DNA of 64,000 nucleotides from Dehalococcoidia bacterium (GTDB lineage: Bacteria > Chloroflexota > Dehalococcoidia > Bin125), in contig OZ251529.1 in the NCBI GenBank assembly GCA_965243125.1, forward strand, positions 2,578,797 through 2,642,796, read 5' to 3'. A program made the position numbers and the translations under genes. The notes beneath the pieces were generated by a model that worked only from the letters and a program-made list of their open reading frames with translations, was not told the origin of the DNA and ran no database searches. Below are positions 55,347 through 64,000 of the stretch, in pieces. Each line of letters starts with the position of its first letter. The first letter of the stretch is position 1.

Positions 55347-56576
55347 CTACCCCCGCCCAATCACCAGCGACACCGACGTCGTGCCCGAGCCGCCGATGTT
55401 CAGCGTCGCCACTCGCTTCGCGTCCGGCACCTGGTAGTCGCCCGCCGCGCCCGTCACCTGCCGGTGAGCGTCCAGCGCCTGGCGCACGCCCGTCGCGCCG
55501 ACCGGGTGGCCGCCGCCGATCAGCCCGCCCGACGGATTCATCGGCAGCGCGCCCTCGAAATCGATCACCCCGTCCTCGATCGCCTCAAACGAGCGGCCCG
55601 GCTCGGTCAGCCCGAAGTGGTCGATCGCCATGTAGTGCGAGGTCGTGAAGCAGTCGTGCGTCTCGATCGCGTCCAGCTGCCGGGCATCCTCGACGCCGGC
55701 CCGCTCGAAGGCGTCCACGATCGCCCGCCGCGTATGCGGCAGGATGTAGGGATCGCCCGCGGCCTGCGAGATCTTGCTGTCGAAGGTCAGCGCCGCCGTG
55801 CGGTGGCCCCAGCCCTCGATGCGCGGCACATCGGCCAGCTCGACGCCGTTGCGCTCCGCCCACTCGGCCGCCTTCGCCTCCGACGCCAGCACCAGGCTGA
55901 CCGCGCCGTCGGTGATCTGCGAGCAGTCGCGCACCGCCAGCCGACCCGTCACCTGCGCGGCGTACTTGCCGCCCTGCAGCTCATCGAGATCGCCCAGCCA
56001 GGCGCGCGTCTGCGCCTTGGGGTTGCGCTGCGCGTTGGCGTAGTTCAGCTCCGCCAGCCGCGTCAGATGCGCCGCGTCCAGCCCGTAGCGCTCCTCATAG
56101 ACATCGCCCAGCCGCCCGAACAGCTTCGGGAACGGCAAATCCACCCCCGCCGCCTCCAGCTCATACCAGCCCGCCGTGCCGAGGAAATCGCCGCCCTCAA
56201 CCGGGCTGACCGTCTTCATCTGCTCCACACCCAGCACCAGCGCCGTCTCGTAGCGCCCCGCCTCGATCTCCGCCGCGCCCATCAGGATCGAAATCGAACC
56301 CGACGCGCAGGCCGCCTCGTGCCGCGAGGTCGGCAGCCCGCCGAAATCCGGATCGATCTCCGCGAAAAAGCCGCCCAACTGCCCTTGCTTGGCGTACAGC
56401 TCACCGGCGAAGTTGCCCACATGCGCCGTGTCGATGTCGTGCGCCTCCAGACCTGTCGCCTCCAGCGCGCCCTGCACCGCCTCGCCCATGATCTCCCGCA
56501 GATTCGCCTCCTCCTTGCGCCAGTTGCGCGCAAAATCCGTCTGGTATCCGCCGAGGATGTAGACCGCAGTGCTCAT
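55347..56576 (-). CDS. Thiolase-fold protein (SCP-x/lipid-transfer-type acetyl-CoA acyltransferase-like)
   Basis: Start set at ATG 56576 (MSTAVYILGGYQTDFARNW). It has the active-site Cys context HEAACASGSI and a C-terminal GGGHPVGATGVRQ ... NIGGSGTT. Confidence 0.85.
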   Translation of the reverse strand: MSTAVYILGGYQTDFARNWRKEEANLREIMGEAVQGALEATGLEAHDIDTAHVGNFAGELYAKQGQLGGFFAEIDPDFGGLPTSRHEAACASGSISILMGAAEIEAGRYETALVLGVEQMKTVSPVEGGDFLGTAGWYELEAAGVDLPFPKLFGRLGDVYEERYGLDAAHLTRLAELNYANAQRNPKAQTRAWLGDLDELQGGKYAAQVTGRLAVRDCSQITDGAVSLVLASEAKAAEWAERNGVELADVPRIEGWGHRTAALTFDSKISQAAGDPYILPHTRRAIVDAFERAGVEDARQLDAIETHDCFTTSHYMAIDHFGLTEPGRSFEAIEDGVIDFEGALPMNPSGGLIGGGHPVGATGVRQALDAHRQVTGAAGDYQVPDAKRVATLNIGGSGTTSVSLVIGRG

Positions 56577-56647
56577 GATCGCCCTCTCATCTGATTTCGG
56601 TGCGTGTGCCGAGAGTAGCAGCCCGCGCCGCTCCCTCAGTAGCCCCC

Positions 56648-57502
56648 TCAGTACCCCCGGAAGACCGGCGCCCGCTTCTCCCGCCAGCTCTGCCGACCTT
56701 CCTCCGCGTCGTACGTCCGCCGCACCCGATCCGACACCTCCACCTCGTGCGACAGCGTGTCGCGCAGCGAGTGCTCCGCTCCGTAGTCGATCAGCTCCTT
56801 GAACGTCGCCGCGTTCAGCGTCGGCAGCGCCGCCAGGTCCGACACGAACCGCGCCGCCTCTTCGTCGAAATCCTCCAGCGGCCAGACGCGGTTCGCCCAG
56901 CCCCAGGCCAGCGCCTCTTCCGCCTCCAGATGCCGACCCGTGACCAGCAGCTCCAGCGCCCGCCCGCGCCCCACGATCCGCGGCACAAACCACGTCGTGC
57001 CGCCGTTCATCCCGATCGCCCGCTGCACCCGGTGGTCGCCCACCTCGATGTTGTCCGCGCAGAGCCGCATGTCGCAGGCCGACGCGATCTCCCAGCCGTG
57101 CCCCAGCGCCCAGCCCGTCACCAGCGCCACCACCGGCTTGCGCAGCGCCCGCAAACTCAGCAGGAATGGATGATGCACCGTCACGCTGCTGTCAATCGGA
57201 TGGACCGGCTCCATCCCGTACAGATCATCCCCCGAGCAGAACGCCTGCGTGCCCGCCCCGCGCAGCGTCACCACCCGCACATCCGGACGCCGCGCCGCGA
57301 AATCGATCAGCCGCTGCAACTCGTGCAGCAGCCGAAAGCTCAGCGCATTCAGCCGCTCCGGGCGATTCAGCGTGATCGCCAGCACCCCCTCCTCCGTCAC
57401 CTCCCACAGCGTCGCCTGCCACTCCCCGTCCGCCATCGGACGCGGCCTTTCTGGCCAATCTGCCGGCCAATCCGCCGCCGTTACGTCATGCTGCGTCGTC
57501 AT
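56648..57502 (-). CDS. Enoyl-CoA hydratase/isomerase (crotonase) family protein
   Basis: It has ITLNRPERLNALS, AFCSGDDL and G.ALGHGWEIA, the crotonase fold signatures. Confidence 0.85.
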   Translation of the reverse strand: MTTQHDVTAADWPADWPERPRPMADGEWQATLWEVTEEGVLAITLNRPERLNALSFRLLHELQRLIDFAARRPDVRVVTLRGAGTQAFCSGDDLYGMEPVHPIDSSVTVHHPFLLSLRALRKPVVALVTGWALGHGWEIASACDMRLCADNIEVGDHRVQRAIGMNGGTTWFVPRIVGRGRALELLVTGRHLEAEEALAWGWANRVWPLEDFDEEAARFVSDLAALPTLNAATFKELIDYGAEHSLRDTLSHEVEVSDRVRRTYDAEEGRQSWREKRAPVFRGY

Positions 57503-58173
57503 CAGTCATCCTCTCCAATCAGCGCCCAGACCTCCTCGAAATCGATCGTGAAGCCCGGCAACTCCGGTTCCGCCGACAGCTCCGACGGACGCTCCAGCCG
57601 CACGACCTCGCGCCCCGGCCGGTAGACGAACACCAGCCGATCATCGGGGTCGACCAGCACGCCCAACCGCACGCCGAAGCCGATCCACTCCGCCATCTTG
57701 TCCTGCTGCGCTTTGAGCTGGTCGCTCGGCGAGCGCACCTCCACAACGAAGTCGGGGATCGCCGCGACGATGCGGCGACGCTTCGCGCGGCTCATGTCGC
57801 CCAGCCGCTCATCGCTGATCCAGCATGCGTCGGGCTGGCGCACGCTGCCGTCGGAGCGCTGGATGCCGGTGCTCGCGCCGTAGACCTGGCCAGTGTGATG
57901 GCCCACCCACCAATTCCCCAGCAGTCGGCTGAATTCACTTTCGAGCGCGCCGCTCTCTCCACCTACAGGCCAGTTCATCACCAACGCCCCTTCCGCGTCG
58001 CGCTCGAAGCGCAGACCGTCGTTCAACGACGAAATGCGCAGCAGCAGATCGTCCGTCAGCGGGCACTCCGCCGGAAAGCGCAGCGTCGGCAACGCCGGCA
58101 GCTCCGGCGCCCCCGCCGACGCGACCGCCACCCCGCCCAATTCCGCCTCCCGCGTCGCCGTCGCAGTCGCCAT
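57502..58173 (-). CDS. Uma2 (DUF820) family PD-(D/E)xK endonuclease
   Basis: Start set at ATG 58173 (MATATATREAELG). It has RFERDAEGALVMN, PDACWISDERL and PDFVVEVRSPSD (the D...E-V-R/K core), typical of Uma2. Confidence 0.8.
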   Translation of the reverse strand: MATATATREAELGGVAVASAGAPELPALPTLRFPAECPLTDDLLLRISSLNDGLRFERDAEGALVMNWPVGGESGALESEFSRLLGNWWVGHHTGQVYGASTGIQRSDGSVRQPDACWISDERLGDMSRAKRRRIVAAIPDFVVEVRSPSDQLKAQQDKMAEWIGFGVRLGVLVDPDDRLVFVYRPGREVVRLERPSELSAEPELPGFTIDFEEVWALIGEDD

Positions 58174-58204
58174 CGCGCCCCCTCCACCGCGATAGTAGCC
58201 CCTC

Positions 58205-58300
58205 CGCTCCCGCCCAGGGGCGCCCGCCCCGTCATTCCCGCCCCCCTCCCCGTCATTCCCGCCGCCCTCCCCGTCATTCCCGCCCCCGAGCGGGAATCTC
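58205..58300. repeat. Family P variant: 3 tandem half-sites (ccccgtcattcccgcc) ending in the palindrome ATTCCCGC-CCCCGA-GCGGGAAT
   Basis: Read directly. It lies between the Type ISP gene stop and the Uma2 start. Confidence 0.85.
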
Positions 58301-58321
58301 CCCGCACGCCCCAATCCCCGC

Positions 58322-61300
58322 TCAGTCCGCCTCCTCCAGCGCCGGCAGAGCATCCACAATCCGCATCGTCTCCACGCTCACCGTCACGATCCGCTTCACC
58401 AGCTGCGGGATGTAATCCGGCTGCGGCGGCTCCAACTCCAGGCCCCAGTCGTTCGGATCGTTCACGATCCCGCTCGCCTTGTCCGTCCGCACCTGATAGC
58501 GGTCGAGCAGCCATTCCAGCGCCGAGCGCGGGCCCACCACGTAGCGATGCGCCCCTTCGGGAATCCCCCGCAGCGTCAGCCAGTCGTTGACCACCATCGC
58601 CGAGCGATCCTTCTGCTTGGGCGTGCCCGCCCACTTCAGCTTCCGCACGTACCAGCGTGCATCGTCGTCGGGCGCCCCGTCGCTCCAGACCTCCTCCAGC
58701 GCATACGGCTCCACCTGCTCGTAACCGATGTGCAGGTTGAGCAGCGCCTGCCCCGCCTCCGCAAAGGCGTAGAACGACGCCGCCGTAGTCACCTCCGGAA
58801 TGCGCGGCAGCATCCGCGAGAGGTCCGCTGCGTAGCGCTCGCGATAGTCCGACGAGTGCAGGATGCCGTAGACGTAGGCGAAGATTCCGTCCTTGGTGAC
58901 ATCTCCGCCGTAGCGCGACTGGTAGACAGCCAGAGCTTGGTCTGTGATGTTGTCGTGGGGCGCAGTCTCGTGATGATCTGTGATCATCGTGTCCTGCGAC
59001 AACGAATATTGGCGGGCCTGCTTTTCGGGAGTTGAGTCGTAGGCGTACCGGGGGAATGTGAACGTCGCCTGTCCGGTCGCACCGCCCGCGCACGCAACGT
59101 CCGGGACTGCGTCAGTCGCGAGGATCCCTGGCACCCTACCGGCGACCCTAAGCTTGTACTCGATGACGATCTGAGGCACTTGGTGTGCTGCGGATGGGAA
59201 AATGTCGAGGATTCGGTGGGTGCTGTTGTTCAGAGCCCTGTCCAAGTAGAGATGCTGTCGGAAGAACGGCCGGTAAAGCGATGAGCCGAAACCTGCCTCG
59301 TTGACCTCGATCAACTTGCCGTTTTTCGCAGCGCGTTCGGCCTTAGCTTCCCACTTGAATTGCGTTGGGATGCGCTCCGGCCAGCCCTGCCCTTTGTGGT
59401 CCTTCCTGGCCTGATCGTTGTAAAACGCGACCTGCGCGCTCACACGACTGCGTAGTTTGCGATCCGATGTGCTGAACACCCAAGCGTCTCGCTTCGTCTC
59501 CAGCCCGTTGGACGCCAACCCGAACAGCGGCGGACTGCCATCAGTCTGGTTGCCGCTGTTTGCCAACGGGCGGAGGATGGCAAAGTGTTCGCTGCGCTGG
59601 TTGATCCAGTCGCCGTGCTTGTTCGGCGTGACCGTGCGCCACTTGTCATCATGGACACTCGAACCAGCGATGATGCCCTGCTTTTCTTTGGTGGAGAGAC
59701 CATCACCGATGTCGCGATACCGGATTTCTGCCCCAGATGTCGGCACTGATCCGGGACGCCGGACCAACAGCAGCACTGCGACACCAGTTCGCGTGCCAGA
59801 GCTGAATGCGGACTCACCCTCCGCCTCAGCTTGCCGACCGACCGTTCGCAGGTTGCCTCGAAAGTCGTAGACGTAGATTGCGTGGAACTCGTCAGCCAGC
59901 GATTTGCGAAACGCATCGAATGCGGTTCCGTCGACGAAGCCGCTGTTGGTCACGTACGCGACGACGCCTCCATTTGACGACGCAAGTACGCGATTAGAGG
60001 CCCAGCGGATCGCACGCACATAGTGATCGTACAGCGCAACCCGATTGGTTGCCTCAGAGTTCGCGGCATAGGCCCCGGTAATTGACGAAGCAGAGGCCGC
60101 AACGCCTGCGCCCCTGCCGTCAAGGTGCGGGTACGAGCGATTGGGATTCTGATCATCGTGCTTCTTCTGCCCACCCGACCATGGCGGATTGCCGATGATC
60201 ACGCGGATATCCAGCCCCAGCTGCCGCTCGATCTGCTCGCTGTTGTTGGCGAACAGCCCCGTACCCTGTCGCTCGCCCGGCTCCGTCATCTGGAACGTGT
60301 CGGTCAACACGCCCCCCGTAAACGGCTCGTAGCCCGCGTCGAGCTTGTGCGCCGCCATTGCGTCGCGGTAGGCGTTCTCGATGTTGACCGCCGCGATATA
60401 GTAGGCGAGCAGCATGATCTCGTTGGCGTGGATTTCGTTGCGGTACTTGCGCCGCAGGTCTTCCACGCCGATCAGGCCGCTCTGGAGCAGTTGCGCGATG
60501 AACGTGCCGGTGCCGGTGAACGGATCGAGGATATGCACGCCCTTGTCGCCGAGCGACGCGCCGAACTCGCGTTGCAGCAGGTCCGCCACCGCGCGGATGA
60601 TGAAGTCGACGATCTCCAGCGGCGTGTAGACGATGCCCAGCCGCTCGGCGTCCTTGGGGAACGCTTCACGGAAGAAGTTCTCGTAGAGCTCGTTGGCGAC
60701 TCGCCGGCGGCCCTCGGCGTTGTCGATCCCCTCCACCCGCCGCCGCACGTTCTCGTAGAAGCCGCTCAGCCGCGCCGTTTCCGCGTCGAGCCCCTCGCCC
60801 GCGAGCGCGTCGATCATTCGCTGCATCGCCCGCGAGACCGGGTTGCTCTCGGTGAAATCGGAGCCGCCGAACAGCGCGTCGAAGACGGGCTTGGTAATCA
60901 GGTGCTGCGCCAGCATTGCCGCCGCGTCGTCCTCCGTAATCGAATCGTTGAGGTTGCGCCGCAGCGACGCGACGAAGTCGTCGAAGCGCTTGCCCAGCGT
61001 GTCGGAGCCCGAGATCAGGAAGCGAATGCGGCTATGCAGCCGGCTCGCGATATCGGCGACCGACGCCGCCCAGTGCTTCCAGTAGCGGCGCTCGCCGCAG
61101 CGGATCACGATCTGCGCGTAGATCGCGTCGCGCCACTGCGCCAGCTGCTCGTCGATCCCCTCCAGAATCAGCTGTCGGCCCTCTGCAACCGGATCGCCCT
61201 CGCCCTCCGTCTCTTCGCCATCGCCGCCGCCCGGTCCCACCCCGATCACGCAGATCGGGCCTTCGCGCCCCTCGTTCAGATCAAGCTTGTTCACCCAGGC

Positions 61301-63160
61301 GTCGAGCCGGTCATCGTGCGAGCGCAGCGCCTGGAGCACCTCCCAGACATGGGCGTAGGCGTCGTTCTTGTCCAGCGCCCGCGACGGGTCCTCGTCCGCC
61401 GGCACGACTACAGGCAGGATTATGTAGCCCCACTGCTTGTCTTCCGTGCGACGCATCACCCGACCCACGGCCTGCACGACGTCGATCTGCGACTTGCGCG
61501 GCTGGAGGAAGAGCACGGCGTCGAGCGAGGGCACGTCGATCCCCTCGGTCAGGCAGCGGGCGTTGGAGAGGATGTGGCACTGCTGATCCATCATCATTGT
61601 TTCGCCGCCCAGCCAGCGCAGCTTGCCGGCGCGCTCCAGCACGCCGGTTGTGCCGTCCACGTGCTGCGCCTCGGCCTGAAGATGCCGCTGCGAGCGGCCC
61701 GCGTCGTCCTGCAGCTGCCCTACCAGATTCACAAAGTGCTTGGAGTTAGCAATCGTGTTGGAAAACGCCACCGCTCGCCGCATCGGCTGCGGATCGTCCT
61801 TGAATTCACGCCCCTCCGGGTCGTGCTTGGCCAGCCCGTTCAGGCAGCCGATCACTCGCCCCACATCGCCCACGTTGACCGAGTCGCCCAACTCCTCGGA
61901 GTACTCGAGGTTGATCTGATCTTCGCTGATCACCAGGATCGCTACCTTGTAGTCGCTCAGCAGCTGCTCGTTGACGGCCTGCGCGAAGCCCAATCGATGA
62001 AACTCCGGTCCGTAGACGCTTTCGTCGTCCATCGAGGCCAGCACGACATCGTTCGCTTCGGCCTTCTTCTTCGCCGCCGCCGCATAGAGGCGCGGCGTGG
62101 CCGTCATGTAGAGCCGCTTTTTCGCGCGGATCCGCTCGGCGTCGTGGACCAGCAGGAAATTGGAGCGCTCCTCGCCCTTGAGCGTCGCGCCGGTGGTGCG
62201 GTGCGCCTCGTCGCAGATCACGAGGTCGAACGCCGGCATCCCCGCGTCCTGCGCTTCGGCGATCCGCTGCATCGACTGGTAGGTGCTGAACACGACTGTG
62301 AGGCGGTTGGGCGCGTCAACGGAGGCCGCCCGCGCCAGCCGCTCGGCGTCGGTCGTGGCCGGAATCGGCAGGTCGTAGGTGCGCGCGCTGTCGCCGTCGC
62401 GCTGCCCCACTTTCGGGTCGGAGCAGACGGCGAAGGCGCGGATCGGGATGCGCGATTCGGCGGCCCACTCGCGCAGCGACTGGTTGACCAGGGAGATTGA
62501 GGGCGCGGCGAAGAGCACGCGCCCGCCCTCGCCGGCGAGTTGCTCGGCGGCGCGCAGGGCGGTGAATGTCTTGCCCGTGCCGCAGGCCATGATCAGCTTG
62601 CCGCGGTCGTGCCGCTCAAAACCCGCGTAGACATCATCCAAGGCCGCTCGCTGGTGAGGACGCAATTCTTTGCGCGGCTTTTCGACCAGATCCGCGGCCG
62701 AGTCGTGGAGATAGGCATCCCAGTCGATGGTCGTCGCGTCTGCTCCGAAGAGATCGACGCGCTGCACCGGCGGACGCTGATTATCGATCAGCTTGACGAG
62801 GTTGCGGCTCCACTCCGATGTGGTGGTGATGACGACGCGCTCGTCGAAGGCGGCATTCGTGTTGGACAAGAACGACCGGAGGTGGCTCTGGTAGAGCTTT
62901 GAGCCGGGCGCGTAGCACTTGCACTGGATGGCGACGAGGCTGCCGTCGGGACGCTCGGCCACGATGTCCACGCCGACCACATCGCCGCTGTCGTCGCCCG
63001 GCCAATCGCTCCAGCGCCACACCTTCGTGAATTCGCCGAGCGGACTGCGATTGGTGCGCAGGACTTCCGCCACAAGCGGCTCGAATTGGCGCCCGCGCTC
63101 AAACGGGTCCTCGTAGTCGGTGCAGAGCTGCTCGTAGACGTCGCCGAACGTTGCAGGCAT
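58322..63160 (-). CDS. Type ISP restriction-modification enzyme (Mrr-like nuclease, SF2 helicase-like ATPase, gamma-class N6-adenine methyltransferase and TRD in one polypeptide)
   Basis: 1612 aa. It has the nuclease core GVDIVAERPDGSLVAIQCK; helicase motif I MACGTGKT and motif II VICDEAHR; later SF2 motifs (MTATP, QAVGRVMR); MTase motif I ILDPFTGTGTF and motif IV IGNPPWSG; and a long C-terminal region. The domain order matches LlaGI/LlaBIII-type enzymes. Confidence 0.88.
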   Translation of the reverse strand: MPATFGDVYEQLCTDYEDPFERGRQFEPLVAEVLRTNRSPLGEFTKVWRWSDWPGDDSGDVVGVDIVAERPDGSLVAIQCKCYAPGSKLYQSHLRSFLSNTNAAFDERVVITTTSEWSRNLVKLIDNQRPPVQRVDLFGADATTIDWDAYLHDSAADLVEKPRKELRPHQRAALDDVYAGFERHDRGKLIMACGTGKTFTALRAAEQLAGEGGRVLFAAPSISLVNQSLREWAAESRIPIRAFAVCSDPKVGQRDGDSARTYDLPIPATTDAERLARAASVDAPNRLTVVFSTYQSMQRIAEAQDAGMPAFDLVICDEAHRTTGATLKGEERSNFLLVHDAERIRAKKRLYMTATPRLYAAAAKKKAEANDVVLASMDDESVYGPEFHRLGFAQAVNEQLLSDYKVAILVISEDQINLEYSEELGDSVNVGDVGRVIGCLNGLAKHDPEGREFKDDPQPMRRAVAFSNTIANSKHFVNLVGQLQDDAGRSQRHLQAEAQHVDGTTGVLERAGKLRWLGGETMMMDQQCHILSNARCLTEGIDVPSLDAVLFLQPRKSQIDVVQAVGRVMRRTEDKQWGYIILPVVVPADEDPSRALDKNDAYAHVWEVLQALRSHDDRLDAWVNKLDLNEGREGPICVIGVGPGGGDGEETEGEGDPVAEGRQLILEGIDEQLAQWRDAIYAQIVIRCGERRYWKHWAASVADIASRLHSRIRFLISGSDTLGKRFDDFVASLRRNLNDSITEDDAAAMLAQHLITKPVFDALFGGSDFTESNPVSRAMQRMIDALAGEGLDAETARLSGFYENVRRRVEGIDNAEGRRRVANELYENFFREAFPKDAERLGIVYTPLEIVDFIIRAVADLLQREFGASLGDKGVHILDPFTGTGTFIAQLLQSGLIGVEDLRRKYRNEIHANEIMLLAYYIAAVNIENAYRDAMAAHKLDAGYEPFTGGVLTDTFQMTEPGERQGTGLFANNSEQIERQLGLDIRVIIGNPPWSGGQKKHDDQNPNRSYPHLDGRGAGVAASASSITGAYAANSEATNRVALYDHYVRAIRWASNRVLASSNGGVVAYVTNSGFVDGTAFDAFRKSLADEFHAIYVYDFRGNLRTVGRQAEAEGESAFSSGTRTGVAVLLLVRRPGSVPTSGAEIRYRDIGDGLSTKEKQGIIAGSSVHDDKWRTVTPNKHGDWINQRSEHFAILRPLANSGNQTDGSPPLFGLASNGLETKRDAWVFSTSDRKLRSRVSAQVAFYNDQARKDHKGQGWPERIPTQFKWEAKAERAAKNGKLIEVNEAGFGSSLYRPFFRQHLYLDRALNNSTHRILDIFPSAAHQVPQIVIEYKLRVAGRVPGILATDAVPDVACAGGATGQATFTFPRYAYDSTPEKQARQYSLSQDTMITDHHETAPHDNITDQALAVYQSRYGGDVTKDGIFAYVYGILHSSDYRERYAADLSRMLPRIPEVTTAASFYAFAEAGQALLNLHIGYEQVEPYALEEVWSDGAPDDDARWYVRKLKWAGTPKQKDRSAMVVNDWLTLRGIPEGAHRYVVGPRSALEWLLDRYQVRTDKASGIVNDPNDWGLELEPPQPDYIPQLVKRIVTVSVETMRIVDALPALEEAD

Positions 63161-63187
63161 TGGACAACTCTAGCCGATGCGCCGCGC

Positions 63188-64000
63188 TTAGCCAATCACA
63201 CCGGCGGCGGCGAGGGCGGCGATCTGCTCCTCGCTGAAGCCCAGACGCTCCGCCAGCAGCTCGGCGCTGTGCTCGCCCAGCTCGGGGGCGTCGCGGCGGA
63301 TTTCGGCCGGCGTGGCCAGCAGGTCCGCGGGGTGCCGCAGCGTGGGCGTCGGACCGTAACGCCGATGCTCGTGCTCGGCCAGATAGCCGTTGGCGATCAC
63401 CGCCGGGTCCGAGGGCAAATCGCCGATCTTCTGCACTCGCGTAAAGATCAGATTCGGCTCCTGCGCCAGCCGCCGCTCCCACTCCGCGCGCGGCGCCGAG
63501 GCGAACCGCTCCTCCAGAATCGCGATCAGCTCCCCGCAGTGTTCGCCCATCGCCGCCAGCGTCGTGAAACGCGGATCGTCGGTCAGCCGCTCCAGCCCCG
63601 CCGCGCGGCAGAACGCCGCCCAGTCGCGCTCCGCTTCCAGAATGCCCAGTATCAGCCATTCCCCGTCGCCGCACTGGTACAGATTCCAGAGCGGATTGGC
63701 CGCCGCGCTGCGGTCGAAGCGCGGCCATTCGTTGAGCCCGGTCAGCATCGCCACGCTGACGCCCCAGTACGAAAGCCACATCGTGGCCATAATGTGCGAG
63801 ACTTCGACGCGCTGCCCGCGCCCGCCGTTGCGCTCGCGCGCGGCCAGCGCCGCCAGAATGCCGTAGGCCAGGCAGGTTGCGCCCATCACGTCGGCCACGC
63901 CGAGCGTGTTCCAGTTGGGCGGGTCGCCCGGCGCGCCCATCGAGTACATGAAGCCCGCCCGCGCCTGCCCCACCGCGTCGAGCGCCGGCAGATGCGCCTC
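63188..64000 (-). CDS. Family III CoA-transferase, partial (C-terminal ~270 aa; 5' end beyond the window)
   Basis: The reading frame stays open to the window edge. Its sequence is related to the CoA-transferases at 20978-23514 (..GVADVMGATCLAYGILAAL.., C-terminal EEQIAALAAAGVIG). Confidence 0.8.
   Translation of the reverse strand, partial: EAHLPALDAVGQARAGFMYSMGAPGDPPNWNTLGVADVMGATCLAYGILAALAARERNGGRGQRVEVSHIMATMWLSYWGVSVAMLTGLNEWPRFDRSAAANPLWNLYQCGDGEWLILGILEAERDWAAFCRAAGLERLTDDPRFTTLAAMGEHCGELIAILEERFASAPRAEWERRLAQEPNLIFTRVQKIGDLPSDPAVIANGYLAEHEHRRYGPTPTLRHPADLLATPAEIRRDAPELGEHSAELLAERLGFSEEQIAALAAAGVIG

Overview
High-GC bacterial chromosomal window, roughly two-thirds G+C by eye, so the six-frame track is full of long Arg/Pro-rich shadow ORFs that I discard. 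I cannot assign a taxon. Real content runs in order:
- 1-4.8 kb: two back-to-back UvrD/PcrA helicases.
- 4.9-7.3 kb: a secreted FG-GAP-like propeller protein.
- 7.5-16.4 kb: a housekeeping and metabolic block. It holds a nitroreductase, an AlkA-like glycosylase, a dehydrogenase, a LivJ-like binding protein, an M28 peptidase, a LysM protein and a PEP-utilising enzyme.
- 16.6-20.9 kb: a four-gene minus-strand operon of a 3x108-aa repeat protein, an OmpR-type regulator, a histidine kinase and a hypothetical protein.
- 21-31.9 kb: paired family-III CoA-transferases, paired cyclophilins, tRNA-Arg(CCG), an amidohydrolase, ComM/YifB and an aminotransferase.
- 32.2-39 kb: the hisS-prfA-prmC-serine hydrolase operon, divergent from relA/spoT.
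- 39.5 kb: a small GIY-YIG nuclease gene bracketed by hairpin-ended MITE-like elements.
- 40.5-54.7 kb: a co-directional cluster of large secreted FG-GAP, beta-helix and Ig-like proteins with a lone phage terminase large subunit embedded in it.
- 55.3-57.5 kb: thiolase and crotonase.
- 57.5-63.2 kb: a Uma2 endonuclease and a 1612-aa Type ISP restriction-modification enzyme.

The most striking feature is repeat content. Two families of GC-rich hairpin repeats fill nearly every intergenic gap. One is a GTCATTCCTGC palindrome/MITE family. The other is a mosaic C6-loop-G6 family. They build a 1.2-kb nested repeat block, donate C-terminal codons and stop codons to genes, and sit in frame inside one enzyme gene.

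The best novelty candidates are:
- the GIY-YIG/MITE arrangement;
- a roughly 65-aa C-terminal module shared by five secreted proteins;
- a CTG-initiated, stop-overlapped secreted protein gene.

All product calls rest on motifs I read in the translations. No database search was run.
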